The translations under genes were made by a program, and so were the position numbers. This document shows, one piece after another, positions 1-8,800 of a stretch of DNA of 20,000 nt. The notes beneath the pieces were generated by a model, which was not told the DNA's origin, searched no databases, and worked only from the letters and a program-made list of their open reading frames with translations. This stretch comes from an uncultured virus (IMG/VR IMGVR_UViG_3300025133_000082) (Duplodnaviria > Heunggongvirae > Uroviricota > Caudoviricetes), in IMG/VR virus record IMGVR_UViG_3300025133_000082. One strand, written 5' to 3'. The number at the start of each line of letters is the position of its first letter. The first letter of the stretch is position 1.

Positions 1-784
1 GAACCGCTTCCTTTAACTCCCCAAACCATCTTAGATCAATATCGAAGAAGTCTAAATAGATCCACCGACAATCTGTCCAAACCGTATATGAGATTAACCA
101 TAGAGCGTACACAAATATTATGAAACCTAAGACCTGTTTTAAAAACCTTAAATAATCAGAACCACTCCAGTCCGTCCCCCATTTCGGTTTATTTACTCTT
201 TTGACCTTCTCATTCTCTTTCGGAAGGGTAAAGTCAGAAGATTTAAACCCTACAGCGTGAATCATCATAGGGTTCTTAACTCCTTTTAGACGATAACTCC
301 CCAAATTCTTAAAATGAGCACCCTTTGGAGTAAAGGAATTAAGACGGTTCTCAGATGCCCTTCTCGCAGAGGTTGAGAGTAACACCTGACCTCCACTAGC
401 CAAACTCATTATTCTTGCGCCTATCGGCTTCGCAAGACCCTCTACCTCTATTCTCTTCGCTCCTTGGTCGACATAGATCTTCTTATTCTTCTTTAGTACC
501 ACTTCTCCCCAATGTATTCCGATTCTCGCCTTAAACCCTGTCCTTGCAGGGATTGATTGGTGGTAGGCGAGTGCAAAGTTCACTGCATCTATCGTTCGAT
601 CAAAGATCACTAAGAACCCATCCGTCTTATCAATCTCGATACCGTTAAATCGATAGATCATAGTCCTTACCAATTTATCATGATAAAAGAAAACCTGTGC
701 TGATCTTCGACTCCCTACCCTCTCAATAAAACGAGTAGAATCAACTACGTCTAAGAGTAGGAGAGCTTTTAAAGAGGTTTCCAT
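1..784 (-). CDS. Class III adenylate/guanylate cyclase-family protein with a C-terminal transmembrane helix (partial, >=261 aa, runs off the left edge)
   Basis: Manual translation from the ATG at 784 is open to position 2: METSLKALLLLDVVDSTRFIERVG...NGIEIDKTDGFLVIF...KARIGIHWGEV...EVEGLAKPIGARIMSLASGGQVLLS...LGSYRLKG... It has the class III hallmarks DxxxST (D12), a second metal Asp (D55), RIGIHxG, AR, GQVLLS and LKG. A hydrophobic stretch VLGFIIFVYALWLISYTVW lies at aa 218-236. The start overlaps the upstream stop (TAATG). Confidence 0.88.
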   Translation of the reverse strand, partial: METSLKALLLLDVVDSTRFIERVGSRRSAQVFFYHDKLVRTMIYRFNGIEIDKTDGFLVIFDRTIDAVNFALAYHQSIPARTGFKARIGIHWGEVVLKKNKKIYVDQGAKRIEVEGLAKPIGARIMSLASGGQVLLSTSARRASENRLNSFTPKGAHFKNLGSYRLKGVKNPMMIHAVGFKSSDFTLPKENEKVKRVNKPKWGTDWSGSDYLRFLKQVLGFIIFVYALWLISYTVWTDCRWIYLDFFDIDLRWFGELKEAV

Positions 785-1095
785 TACTTCTCTACTTTAG
801 CCTGTAATTGTGCAACCGTAACCTTTAAAGCGTTTAAGTCCTCCCAGATCTTAATTCGTCCATCCCTACATTGAGTCCCTATCTCTGTGTTCTTCTCAAT
901 GTAGGTATTAACTTTTTTTTCAATAGAGTCCTCTAACGCATCTAACTTCTTCTCTTGTTGTTCGTTTAATTGAACTGCACTGGCTAGGTCGCTCTTAATA
1001 CTATTTATAAGCGAAGAGATATACCAAATCACGCCTATAACAGACCCTAAGATGGATATAACCTGAATCAACATCTCTACAGTGATAGTCATCAT
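784..1095 (-). CDS. Small membrane protein with one N-terminal TM helix and a coiled coil (holin-like or cyclase partner)
   Basis: Hydrophobic MLIQVISILGSVIGVIWYI is followed by a heptad-rich segment. There is a strong SD AGGAGG at 1103..1098, and its spacing favours the second ATG (1092). Confidence 0.6.
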   Translation of the reverse strand: MMTITVEMLIQVISILGSVIGVIWYISSLINSIKSDLASAVQLNEQQEKKLDALEDSIEKKVNTYIEKNTEIGTQCRDGRIKIWEDLNALKVTVAQLQAKVEK

Positions 1096-1127
1096 GACCT
1101 CCTATTTTATCGCTAGTATACAATAAT

Positions 1128-1457
1128 TTAAGAGATTGTACCTACACCTGTTCCTGTACCCGTACCACCACCTGTTATTGGGACAGTGTTCGATTGTGCG
1201 ACCGCAGTACCTTGGACATTAACAGTCGCAGGAGGGTGTAAGGTAGTTAGATTCGTATTCACAGTCGAACTAACCACTGCTCCTGTTGTAAGCCAAAGAT
1301 GGATCGCTTGAGCGTATCCCTGCGCTCTCTGTGCGATAGAGGCTTTAGTTACAGGATCAATCACAGGAGGTACTCCGTTTTGAGTGTATGATTGGAGAAT
1401 TAAAGTTTCATCTACTGCGATTAATGCCGTTGCTAAGGCTTCGGGGACAAGTGCCAT
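1128..1457 (-). CDS. Putative spike-tip/baseplate-associated small protein
   Basis: Lies immediately downstream of the gp5-like spike, in the slot usually held by PAAR/gp5.4. It has a helical N-terminus and a Thr/Val/Gly-rich C-terminus (GGGTGTGTGVG). An SD AAGGAG precedes it. The function is positional inference. Confidence 0.45.
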   Translation of the reverse strand: MALVPEALATALIAVDETLILQSYTQNGVPPVIDPVTKASIAQRAQGYAQAIHLWLTTGAVVSSTVNTNLTTLHPPATVNVQGTAVAQSNTVPITGGGTGTGTGVGTIS

Positions 1458-1469
1458 ATCTATTCTCCT

Positions 1470-2864
1470 TTAAACTTTTGAAAGAAAAACTGACTCACTT
1501 AGAATCAGTGGCTGTGTTGGTGCGGGTACTGTTAAAAATGTAGATTGTGCGGTAGTCAATGCGACATTGGCTAAAATTGAAGACGCTTGAAGAACAGGAT
1601 TAGGCCCACCAAACCCTGTAGTCACCCCTCCCGATAACTGAAGCGTGGTGAAGAAGGTCTGTAAAGTACTCACGAGAGTGTTTAAGAATAAATTTAATTG
1701 TAGACCCATTACAGCAGGCTCTTTTGTAAGAGGTACAGGCCCAAGACCTAGTGTTACAGTCCTAAGAGCAGGAGTCAAATTACCTAAATAAACTTGACCC
1801 CCTAAACCCCCTCTCGCCTCTACACCGTATACAGAGATGTTCTGAGTAGGATCTCCAGAGATAAACTTACTCGTACCGCCCGTTCCGACAATCGTACAAG
1901 ACTCAGATACATACATTGGTTCAGGGATAGAGAGAGCGTTATTAAAGTTTAAATAACCCGTACCCGCGCCCACAAACTCAAAATCTCCAAAAGAAGATAG
2001 ACTAAAATCACCGCCTGCGTTTACCTCAAATAGATTCGCTAAGGTAGCAGTCAAACCCCCACCCGTTAAGTTTATATTGTCCTTTATCGTTACAGAACAA
2101 TTACTCGCAGAATGAGTCTGTGACCTCTTAATCTTTGTAGTGACATCACCATTCAAAATTGTTGAAAAGTCACCATCTACCTGTGAACTAACTGCACCTG
2201 AGATCTGTTGTCTCTTATCACCTGCAATAACCTCTACAGTGTTGGTCGAGCGCGTTCTGATATTCCCCTCCGCGATTATATTAACCGTCCCGTCTGGGAG
2301 TATCTCTATATGAGAACCCTTAGAGTGAAAGATCTGAACCCTCTCTCCACCCTCAGTGTCATCAAGTTCAAGCATATGACCCGCAGGAGTTCTGATGATG
2401 GTGACCTCTCCATACTCCGCTTCATAAGAAGACGCAGGTACTCCGAAGCTCCCCTTCATCCCATAATCACTACCATCATAATCAGCGCGACCATGAGCAG
2501 GCACAGGTGAGGATTCTAATTGATACTCTGAAGACTCCTCAATCGCAGAACCGTCCGTAGAGTGACCATCAGTAATCTCGTCATAAAAACCCCCTACAAA
2601 TATCGGATGCTCTACCATCCCCTCCTCACACTCTATCCAAACTAAAGAGCCGATGGGAGGTACGCTAAAGAATCCAGAATCTCTGCCCCCATACATAGGG
2701 AAACAGGGAGTAGCCCAAGGACTCACACCTGTACCATATAACTCTACGTTCTCTACTCGGATTCGCCCTAACTTCTTAGGGTCTTGATTCTCAGCAACCC
2801 TCGCCCTGCGCTTCCCATAAAAACGATTATAATACTTGTCTTCGTACTCGGATAAATGAAGCAT
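1470..2864 (-). CDS. Baseplate central spike (T4 gp5 / gpV / VgrG C-terminal-like), no lysozyme domain
   Basis: OB-fold motifs RVAENQDPKKLGRIRV, PWATP and PPIGSLVWIECEEG..HPIFVG. A gp5-like segment TPAGHMLELDDTEGGERVQIFHSKGSHIEILPDG is followed by 8-residue beta-helix repeats (IAGDKRQQ/ISGAVSSQ/VDGDFSTI/LNGDVTTK). Confidence 0.9.
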   Translation of the reverse strand: MLHLSEYEDKYYNRFYGKRRARVAENQDPKKLGRIRVENVELYGTGVSPWATPCFPMYGGRDSGFFSVPPIGSLVWIECEEGMVEHPIFVGGFYDEITDGHSTDGSAIEESSEYQLESSPVPAHGRADYDGSDYGMKGSFGVPASSYEAEYGEVTIIRTPAGHMLELDDTEGGERVQIFHSKGSHIEILPDGTVNIIAEGNIRTRSTNTVEVIAGDKRQQISGAVSSQVDGDFSTILNGDVTTKIKRSQTHSASNCSVTIKDNINLTGGGLTATLANLFEVNAGGDFSLSSFGDFEFVGAGTGYLNFNNALSIPEPMYVSESCTIVGTGGTSKFISGDPTQNISVYGVEARGGLGGQVYLGNLTPALRTVTLGLGPVPLTKEPAVMGLQLNLFLNTLVSTLQTFFTTLQLSGGVTTGFGGPNPVLQASSILANVALTTAQSTFLTVPAPTQPLILSESVFLSKV

Positions 2865-2882
2865 AACTAACTCTCCTCAAAC

Positions 2883-5039
2883 TCAGGAAAAGGATGTGTT
2901 CAATCGTGAAGTATTCCCCGTTAGTAAATCTTCACTCTCTTTCAGTACAAAAGCTGTCTTCTTCTTCTCGATTTTAGGTTCCGCGTCACCCTTTTTTCTA
3001 GTCTTAGAAGAAGGACTTCCCCCAGCCCTTCCACCATAACGATCTACAGTCTTCGAGGTCGCCTTCTTCGCAACTACCTTTGTATGAAACCCACTAACAT
3101 CAATCGTATGCTCTTCGCTAGATATAGAGTAATAACCATCGACTAAACTGTATAAATCAACAATCTCTAAAAGACGACCCACTCTTAATGTCCAATCTCC
3201 TACCTTCGTCTTCACACTTATAGAGGTCACGATCTTACCTGAAGACATTTTTCTTGAAGAGTTCCCCTGACCCGAAGGTTTATTCTCGCCACGAGCTTTC
3301 CCGTCTTGAGTCGTAGGTGCATTATCCCTATCTTCTCCTTGTTGGTAAAGAGACTTCCCCCCAGATTCCTTTTTTGGTTTCTCTTTACCCTTCTCACGAT
3401 AATTCTCTAAAACTATCCTAGATGTTTTACTATCAACTTTTTCTACCTTAATCCTATTAGTTTTACTATGATTGATTGCTTGGTTTCTCATTTTCACGAT
3501 ATGGGCATAAGTCTCAGGGTCTGATCTAAAATAATCGTGATCTTCGTTAAGTGCGATTGTACTCTCGTTAAGAATCGACCTTTTTGGGACATTCGCACTC
3601 GTCTCTACAACCCATTCCATTTCGGGTTCGGTCGTAACCGTAGTAGTGACAGGTTCAACTTCTTCCTTCTTCTCGACTTTAACGGCATTAGGGTCTGTTA
3701 ATGTCCATATTTTGACTTTTATTTTGTCTTCACTAACGAAACTTAGGACTTTTATTACCTTATTAGATCGAGGCGATAATTCAAGAAAAGTTTCCTTACT
3801 AATCTCTCTAGTTTCACTTTCTACAGTGCGCTTACCTACATTAACTTCCTTAAAAATATGGAATACTTCCCCCGCCCCAACGTCTGCTATTCCCTGAGAT
3901 CTTTTGTCTCTAGCGTGTACTTCATAATCTTTTTCTTTTGGGAACGCTTTTCTCGCCTCCTCTATGTTTGAAAAAACAGCCCTAGTATAGGGGAATCCCA
4001 CCTCGAATATCGAGTTATTTTTCGAGAAAACTCCATGTACCAGTTTTAAAAGAGTAGTATTATCCTCGCTTATCTCACCCGTCCCACCTTTTGCTTCTTG
4101 ACTCAAACCTTTACGATAAGAACCCCTAGAACGCTTTTTCTTTGGATACTTTTTCGTATATTCAATGGACGCGATTGGAGACGCAGGAAACCCATAAGTC
4201 ATACGGTAGGCTTTTGCACCCCTCTTTATAAGATCTAATTTATAGGGAGAGGCTAATCGAATCTCCTCCCTCTCAGGGTTTACAAAAAAGTCTATTTTAT
4301 ATTTTGTTGATTCTGTCCATACCAATGCCCCAAAGTTTAGCCCTGCGGTCACAATAGCGTCTTCAGCCTGTCTAACCTGATCTAATTCGTCTTCTAACAA
4401 TTCCTTATAGTCGACCTTCATCCCAACGACACTCGCTAATTGTTCTATTCCAGACTTCCCATACTCCGCAGTGAACACCTCATTCGTATTGGTAGCAGAG
4501 AGACGATTACCCGCCTTCCCCTTAACCTTTAAGACCGCTGTACCCTCTTCAAAGGCAATCTTATGCTCATATACTACGAGGTTAGACCACTTGGTGTGTG
4601 CATTCCTATAACCCCATTTTACACTGAAGTTTGCGCCCATCTTAAATAGAGTAATCTTGTCTTGAACCTTTAACCCTTTTTTATCCCGATAATCAGGAAC
4701 ATACATCTCAAACTCAACAGTAGGGTACTTCCCTATCTCATTCTTTAAAACCACCTTTTTAAGACCTTTTCTCAAAGGCGACACTTCCCAGTGTGGTAGA
4801 GGTTGAAAAAATAATAAATCCTCATTGTCTCCTTTAAGATTAATCCAGACATAAGGCTCAAGTCGACCCTCTCCAATCATTGCATGAAAAGGCATAGAAC
4901 CGTTTTGTGAAGTTATCTGTTCTTGGTCAAGAGCAAACCTCTTTGGTCTATAAACCTCTGTCTTTTTAGGAGAGCTTTTAGGTGGTTGTACTTTAGGTAT
5001 TACCTTTGTCGGTGACCTTCTCTTAGTCGGCTTACCCAT
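2883..5039 (-). CDS. Baseplate hub protein (P2 gpD / T4 gp27 / Mu gp44-like) with a large internal insertion
   Basis: Lies between the LysM and spike genes. The N-terminal LFKMGANFSVKWGY and C-terminal GDWTLRVGRLLEIVDL...DGYYSISSEEHTIDVSGFHT segments resemble the late control D family. Confidence 0.75.
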   Translation of the reverse strand: MGKPTKRRSPTKVIPKVQPPKSSPKKTEVYRPKRFALDQEQITSQNGSMPFHAMIGEGRLEPYVWINLKGDNEDLLFFQPLPHWEVSPLRKGLKKVVLKNEIGKYPTVEFEMYVPDYRDKKGLKVQDKITLFKMGANFSVKWGYRNAHTKWSNLVVYEHKIAFEEGTAVLKVKGKAGNRLSATNTNEVFTAEYGKSGIEQLASVVGMKVDYKELLEDELDQVRQAEDAIVTAGLNFGALVWTESTKYKIDFFVNPEREEIRLASPYKLDLIKRGAKAYRMTYGFPASPIASIEYTKKYPKKKRSRGSYRKGLSQEAKGGTGEISEDNTTLLKLVHGVFSKNNSIFEVGFPYTRAVFSNIEEARKAFPKEKDYEVHARDKRSQGIADVGAGEVFHIFKEVNVGKRTVESETREISKETFLELSPRSNKVIKVLSFVSEDKIKVKIWTLTDPNAVKVEKKEEVEPVTTTVTTEPEMEWVVETSANVPKRSILNESTIALNEDHDYFRSDPETYAHIVKMRNQAINHSKTNRIKVEKVDSKTSRIVLENYREKGKEKPKKESGGKSLYQQGEDRDNAPTTQDGKARGENKPSGQGNSSRKMSSGKIVTSISVKTKVGDWTLRVGRLLEIVDLYSLVDGYYSISSEEHTIDVSGFHTKVVAKKATSKTVDRYGGRAGGSPSSKTRKKGDAEPKIEKKKTAFVLKESEDLLTGNTSRLNTSFS

Positions 5040-5373
5040 TTGCGCCCCCAGTGTATGAGAAGACTTCCCTAGATGGAGGTATTATTATGTCATCCCCTTC
5101 TTTCAAGGATAAGGGATCTAAGAGAGGATTATAATCCGCAATAAACCACCAATAACGAGCGTCACCATAGTATTTTAAAGATAACTGATGGAAGTTCTCG
5201 CCCTGCTTTAATGTGTGTACTAGCGTCTCTAAGAGGCTCTTAAAGAACGTAGGGCGAGTGAAGGCTACCATCGTGTTCTTCTTAGGCTGAGAAGAGAGTA
5301 TTCTGTCCTCTATCGCGTACTCTTCATAATGAAGGAAACCGTACTCTTTATATCTTGTAGTTAAATCAAACAT
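5032..5373 (-). CDS. LysM-domain baseplate protein (P2 gpX / T4 gp53-like)
   Basis: HTLKQGENFHQLSLKYYGDARYWWFIADYNP...LKEGDDIIIP is a typical phage-tail LysM. ATG at 5373 is preferred over TTG at 5376. Confidence 0.9.
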   Translation of the reverse strand: MFDLTTRYKEYGFLHYEEYAIEDRILSSQPKKNTMVAFTRPTFFKSLLETLVHTLKQGENFHQLSLKYYGDARYWWFIADYNPLLDPLSLKEGDDIIIPPSREVFSYTGGANG

Positions 5374-5376
5374 CAA

Positions 5377-5856
5377 TCAGCCCCCTATAAAAAACTTTAA
5401 ATGCTGTACATCCTCACTAATACCTCTTGATGTCTCAACAAACTCAATACTCGCTGTGGCATGAATCGGTGTTAAATTACTAACTCTTTCTATCTTTATA
5501 TCTATAGAAGTAAAGACCCCATACCTATACCCATCAAATCCTGCCATATCTAAACTACACATATTTGGCGTGTTCTGTTCATAGTGGTCAAGTCTAGACA
5601 CACGTTTAGGGAGTAACAGAGTCCTTAAAAAATCGAGTTTTTTCTGTATCCCTCCATGATGAAACAAGAACAATTCAAAACTAATCGTTGTAGGTTCTAC
5701 CATTCCGAATTGCGCCAGTGGTAAGACCTGACCCTGACCCTCGCTCAGATTCCAATTCACTGCCCGTTTCTCGCTATAAGTCGTAGGATTAAAGAGAAAC
5801 GTCATAGAGTTTTTATCTTCACCTAGTTTTGTGATTGAACCTTTAAATTGAATCAT
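5377..5856 (-). CDS. Tail tube initiator (CIS tube protein, Afp7/Pvc7 N-terminal / P2 gpU-like)
   Basis: Motifs FLFNPTTYSEKRAVNW, AQF...PTTISFELFL and PIHATASIEFVE. It directly follows the tape measure gene. Confidence 0.8.
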   Translation of the reverse strand: MIQFKGSITKLGEDKNSMTFLFNPTTYSEKRAVNWNLSEGQGQVLPLAQFGMVEPTTISFELFLFHHGGIQKKLDFLRTLLLPKRVSRLDHYEQNTPNMCSLDMAGFDGYRYGVFTSIDIKIERVSNLTPIHATASIEFVETSRGISEDVQHLKFFIGG

Positions 5857-5865
5857 AACTATCTC

Positions 5866-8800
5866 CTATTGACCCATCATAGTATTGGGGTCAGTGAAGA
5901 CATCCCAACCACCTTGTGGTTCTCCACCGATTGTTTGTCTTACGTCCTCAAGCTGTCTCTGAGACATATTCTTATCAAGATTTATTGTAACCTTTTGTTT
6001 ATTATGTACGTTTGTAGTCTGCCCCTGCGGATTGGGGTTACTCGTTGTAGAGGGTGTACTACTACCAACATTTATGCCCAATTTCTTAGACACCGCCACC
6101 TCTTTATCATCATCCCACCAACCCCCTAACCACGCCAGTCCCGCTACTAACCCTGCGATTAACCCGATAATTAGTATTATCGCCCCCGCTACTCCAAGAA
6201 TCGGGGTTAAGAATCCCCACATAGCGACCGCACCCGCCCATAATAAAGGAGCAACCATTGTAAGTAGAGGGAGTAATAGAGAGAGTCCCATAACCATATC
6301 AAAGATGGTCTTACCCCACCCCGACTCATCCGCTCCTGTATAACTCATTATCCCGCCAATAGCGAGAAGTCCCATCTCTACTTTCATTAGTTTACCCCCT
6401 AGACTTGTAGAACCTCTACCCATTTTATTGAGTCCTGCGGTAAATCCTGCTTGTTTCATCCTTATACGTTCTAACGTTCTTCCCCAAAACCCAAGTGAAA
6501 CGCCAGTCTTGCTAATGTCTTGGTCTACTCTCACAAGTGCGACATGAAGGGCATCATTATTACCCTTAACAGCCAACAATTTCAGTCTTAATTTATCCCA
6601 TCCCGATGCGTTCTGAAACGTTGTTGTGGTAAGCATTCTTTGCGCCCCCGCTAAACGAGCCTCTGCCGAAGCGATCCGCGTAAACGTCCCCGTTACAGTA
6701 GAAGCCATCTTTTTCATTATAAAGACGATCATCATAATAACCTTAAACCCCGCAAAGATACCCAAGACCCAACCTAAGATTACACCAAAGGTCGTTAAGG
6801 TTTTTGAGTTCTCATCTGCCGAAGCCCCAAAATATCCGAGTAAGTCTAAAACAATCCGAATAGGTAAGGTCAAAAGCATAAACACCTTATATAAACCGTC
6901 TAAGATTAAACCCATTGTTTTACCCATCGGCCCTAATGCCCCATCAACTACAATCTTTAGTCCGTTAAATATAGATTTTAATCTGTCTACTGTACTAACA
7001 ATCTTATCACTCGATTCAGTAAAACCCGATTCTATTAAACGATCTGTCCCCGCCTGCCCTATGATCTTCTCGTATGTTGTCATCTCCTTTGATAACTGCT
7101 TCAATCTTTCACCAATCTGTTTTTCCCGTACGAGATTCATATCTGGATTTTGCTTTAATTTATTTTGTAATCTTGTACTCTCATCGTAAAGGTTTTTATA
7201 ATTTGCGAGAATCTCCGCAGAACCTTTCTTCTTAAACGCATCTTCCCCACTAAATAATAGTTTAAGAGCATAAGAGGCATCCATAGCCTTAGTCTTAATA
7301 TCCCCTAAGAAGTTTGAAAACCCCTCCCCAATAGTCTCTGCATCACTGAAGTGCTTCATTAACGCCAACACTCCTAGACCCACGACAAACAAACCACCAC
7401 TCATCAATAATAAAACGCGCACTGTTGGTGCTAAGAATACTGTGTAGAAAGACTTCAGGATACCCGATAATCCTGTCACCGCGCCTCCCGCAACCTTCGC
7501 TGAATGCGCCAGAGCGATACTGAACGTAGCACTCGCAGTTAACGCGAAACCTAATCTAAACCCAATGTCTGTAGCTACCTGCATAGACCTACCTAATGCG
7601 CCTATAGTCGCTGTAAGACTTTTATTCTTACGCAACACTGAGGTCACTGTCCCTAACATCGCAGTGTATGTCTCAACTAAACCCTTAGTCATTACGTCTT
7701 GTTTCATTAACGTCTCTGATAACGCATCTTCCGCGCTCGATAACACCTTTAACTTATTCTCTAAAGATTTTAACGCTTCCTCTTGTGCTTTTTTTAACTC
7801 GTCTTGGTCTTTACTGATCCCTACCACAAAATCTCTTAACTTCTGCCCCCCTTTTGTCTCAAAATCAACCACCGCATTTAGAACAAACGCCCCTGCCTCT
7901 TGACCAAATGCTTGTTGAGCTATCGCTTTAGCCTCACCAGAACCCCTTTTTTTAATTAAGTTTTTATAAGAAGTTCTTAACTTCTCGATAAGTTCAGTAG
8001 CACCTAATTCTACGAACTTACCACTCTTTGTTCTCTTCATTAATTGTCTCTTTAAAAACTCATCCTGTATTCTATTTAGCCCTGCGTCTACTAGACCATA
8101 CTCTTTGGCTAACTCCTTTAATTTTTCCTTTCCTCCTTTTTTCCTCGCAACGCCAAAGAAATTCAAAAGATCTTGTCTCTTTAAAGAGAATCTCGGCTTC
8201 ATTGTCCCTGAAGTCTTATGAGCATATAATTCACCCTTACGCGCAGTGTTATACATACTCGCTATTGATCGCGTGAATTGTTCTACCTTCTGACCACTCT
8301 CCTTCGCGCCTAAACCCATCCGCCTCACAATCCCCACTAACGCCATCATCTCCGCAGGTTTAGAGAGTATACCGTCACCCTGCTCAGTCTCCCCAAATCT
8401 AGTTTGCGCCCCCTTGAGACTACTCATAACACCTTCGAGATCCTTAAAAGAAACCTTTGTCTTCTGAGTCATCCGTAACAACATCCCGAAGTTCTTTGCC
8501 GTATCGTTAACATTACCTCCCAAGGTAGTCATCTGGAGATCCGCTAACTGTATCGCTTCTGTCAATCCTAACTGCCCCATAGAAGCAGTAGTTAATTGAA
8601 GAGTAGGGACTAACTGTTTCATCGCATCTTCTGCGGATCTACCACTCTGTATTAGACTAGAGAACGCATCCGCTACCTGCTTCTTCGTATACTCAGTAGT
8701 CTCCGCATACTGATTTATCCGCGTCTCAAAGTCTCGATAACTCCCTAACTTAGCTACCATCGTAGTATCATCACTATTCTCCTCCCCCGCGATCCCCATA

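Noticed and set aside
1..784. Calling the cyclase a Pycsar (PycC) defence system
   Set aside because: No cNMP-binding TIR/TM effector gene is visible in the window and I cannot assign PycC-specific residues. It remains testable with downstream sequence.
1090..1095. Met-Met start as a lambda S-type holin dual-start motif
   Set aside because: There is no intervening Lys/Arg, and the first ATG is only 2 nt from the SD. A single start at 1092 is simpler.
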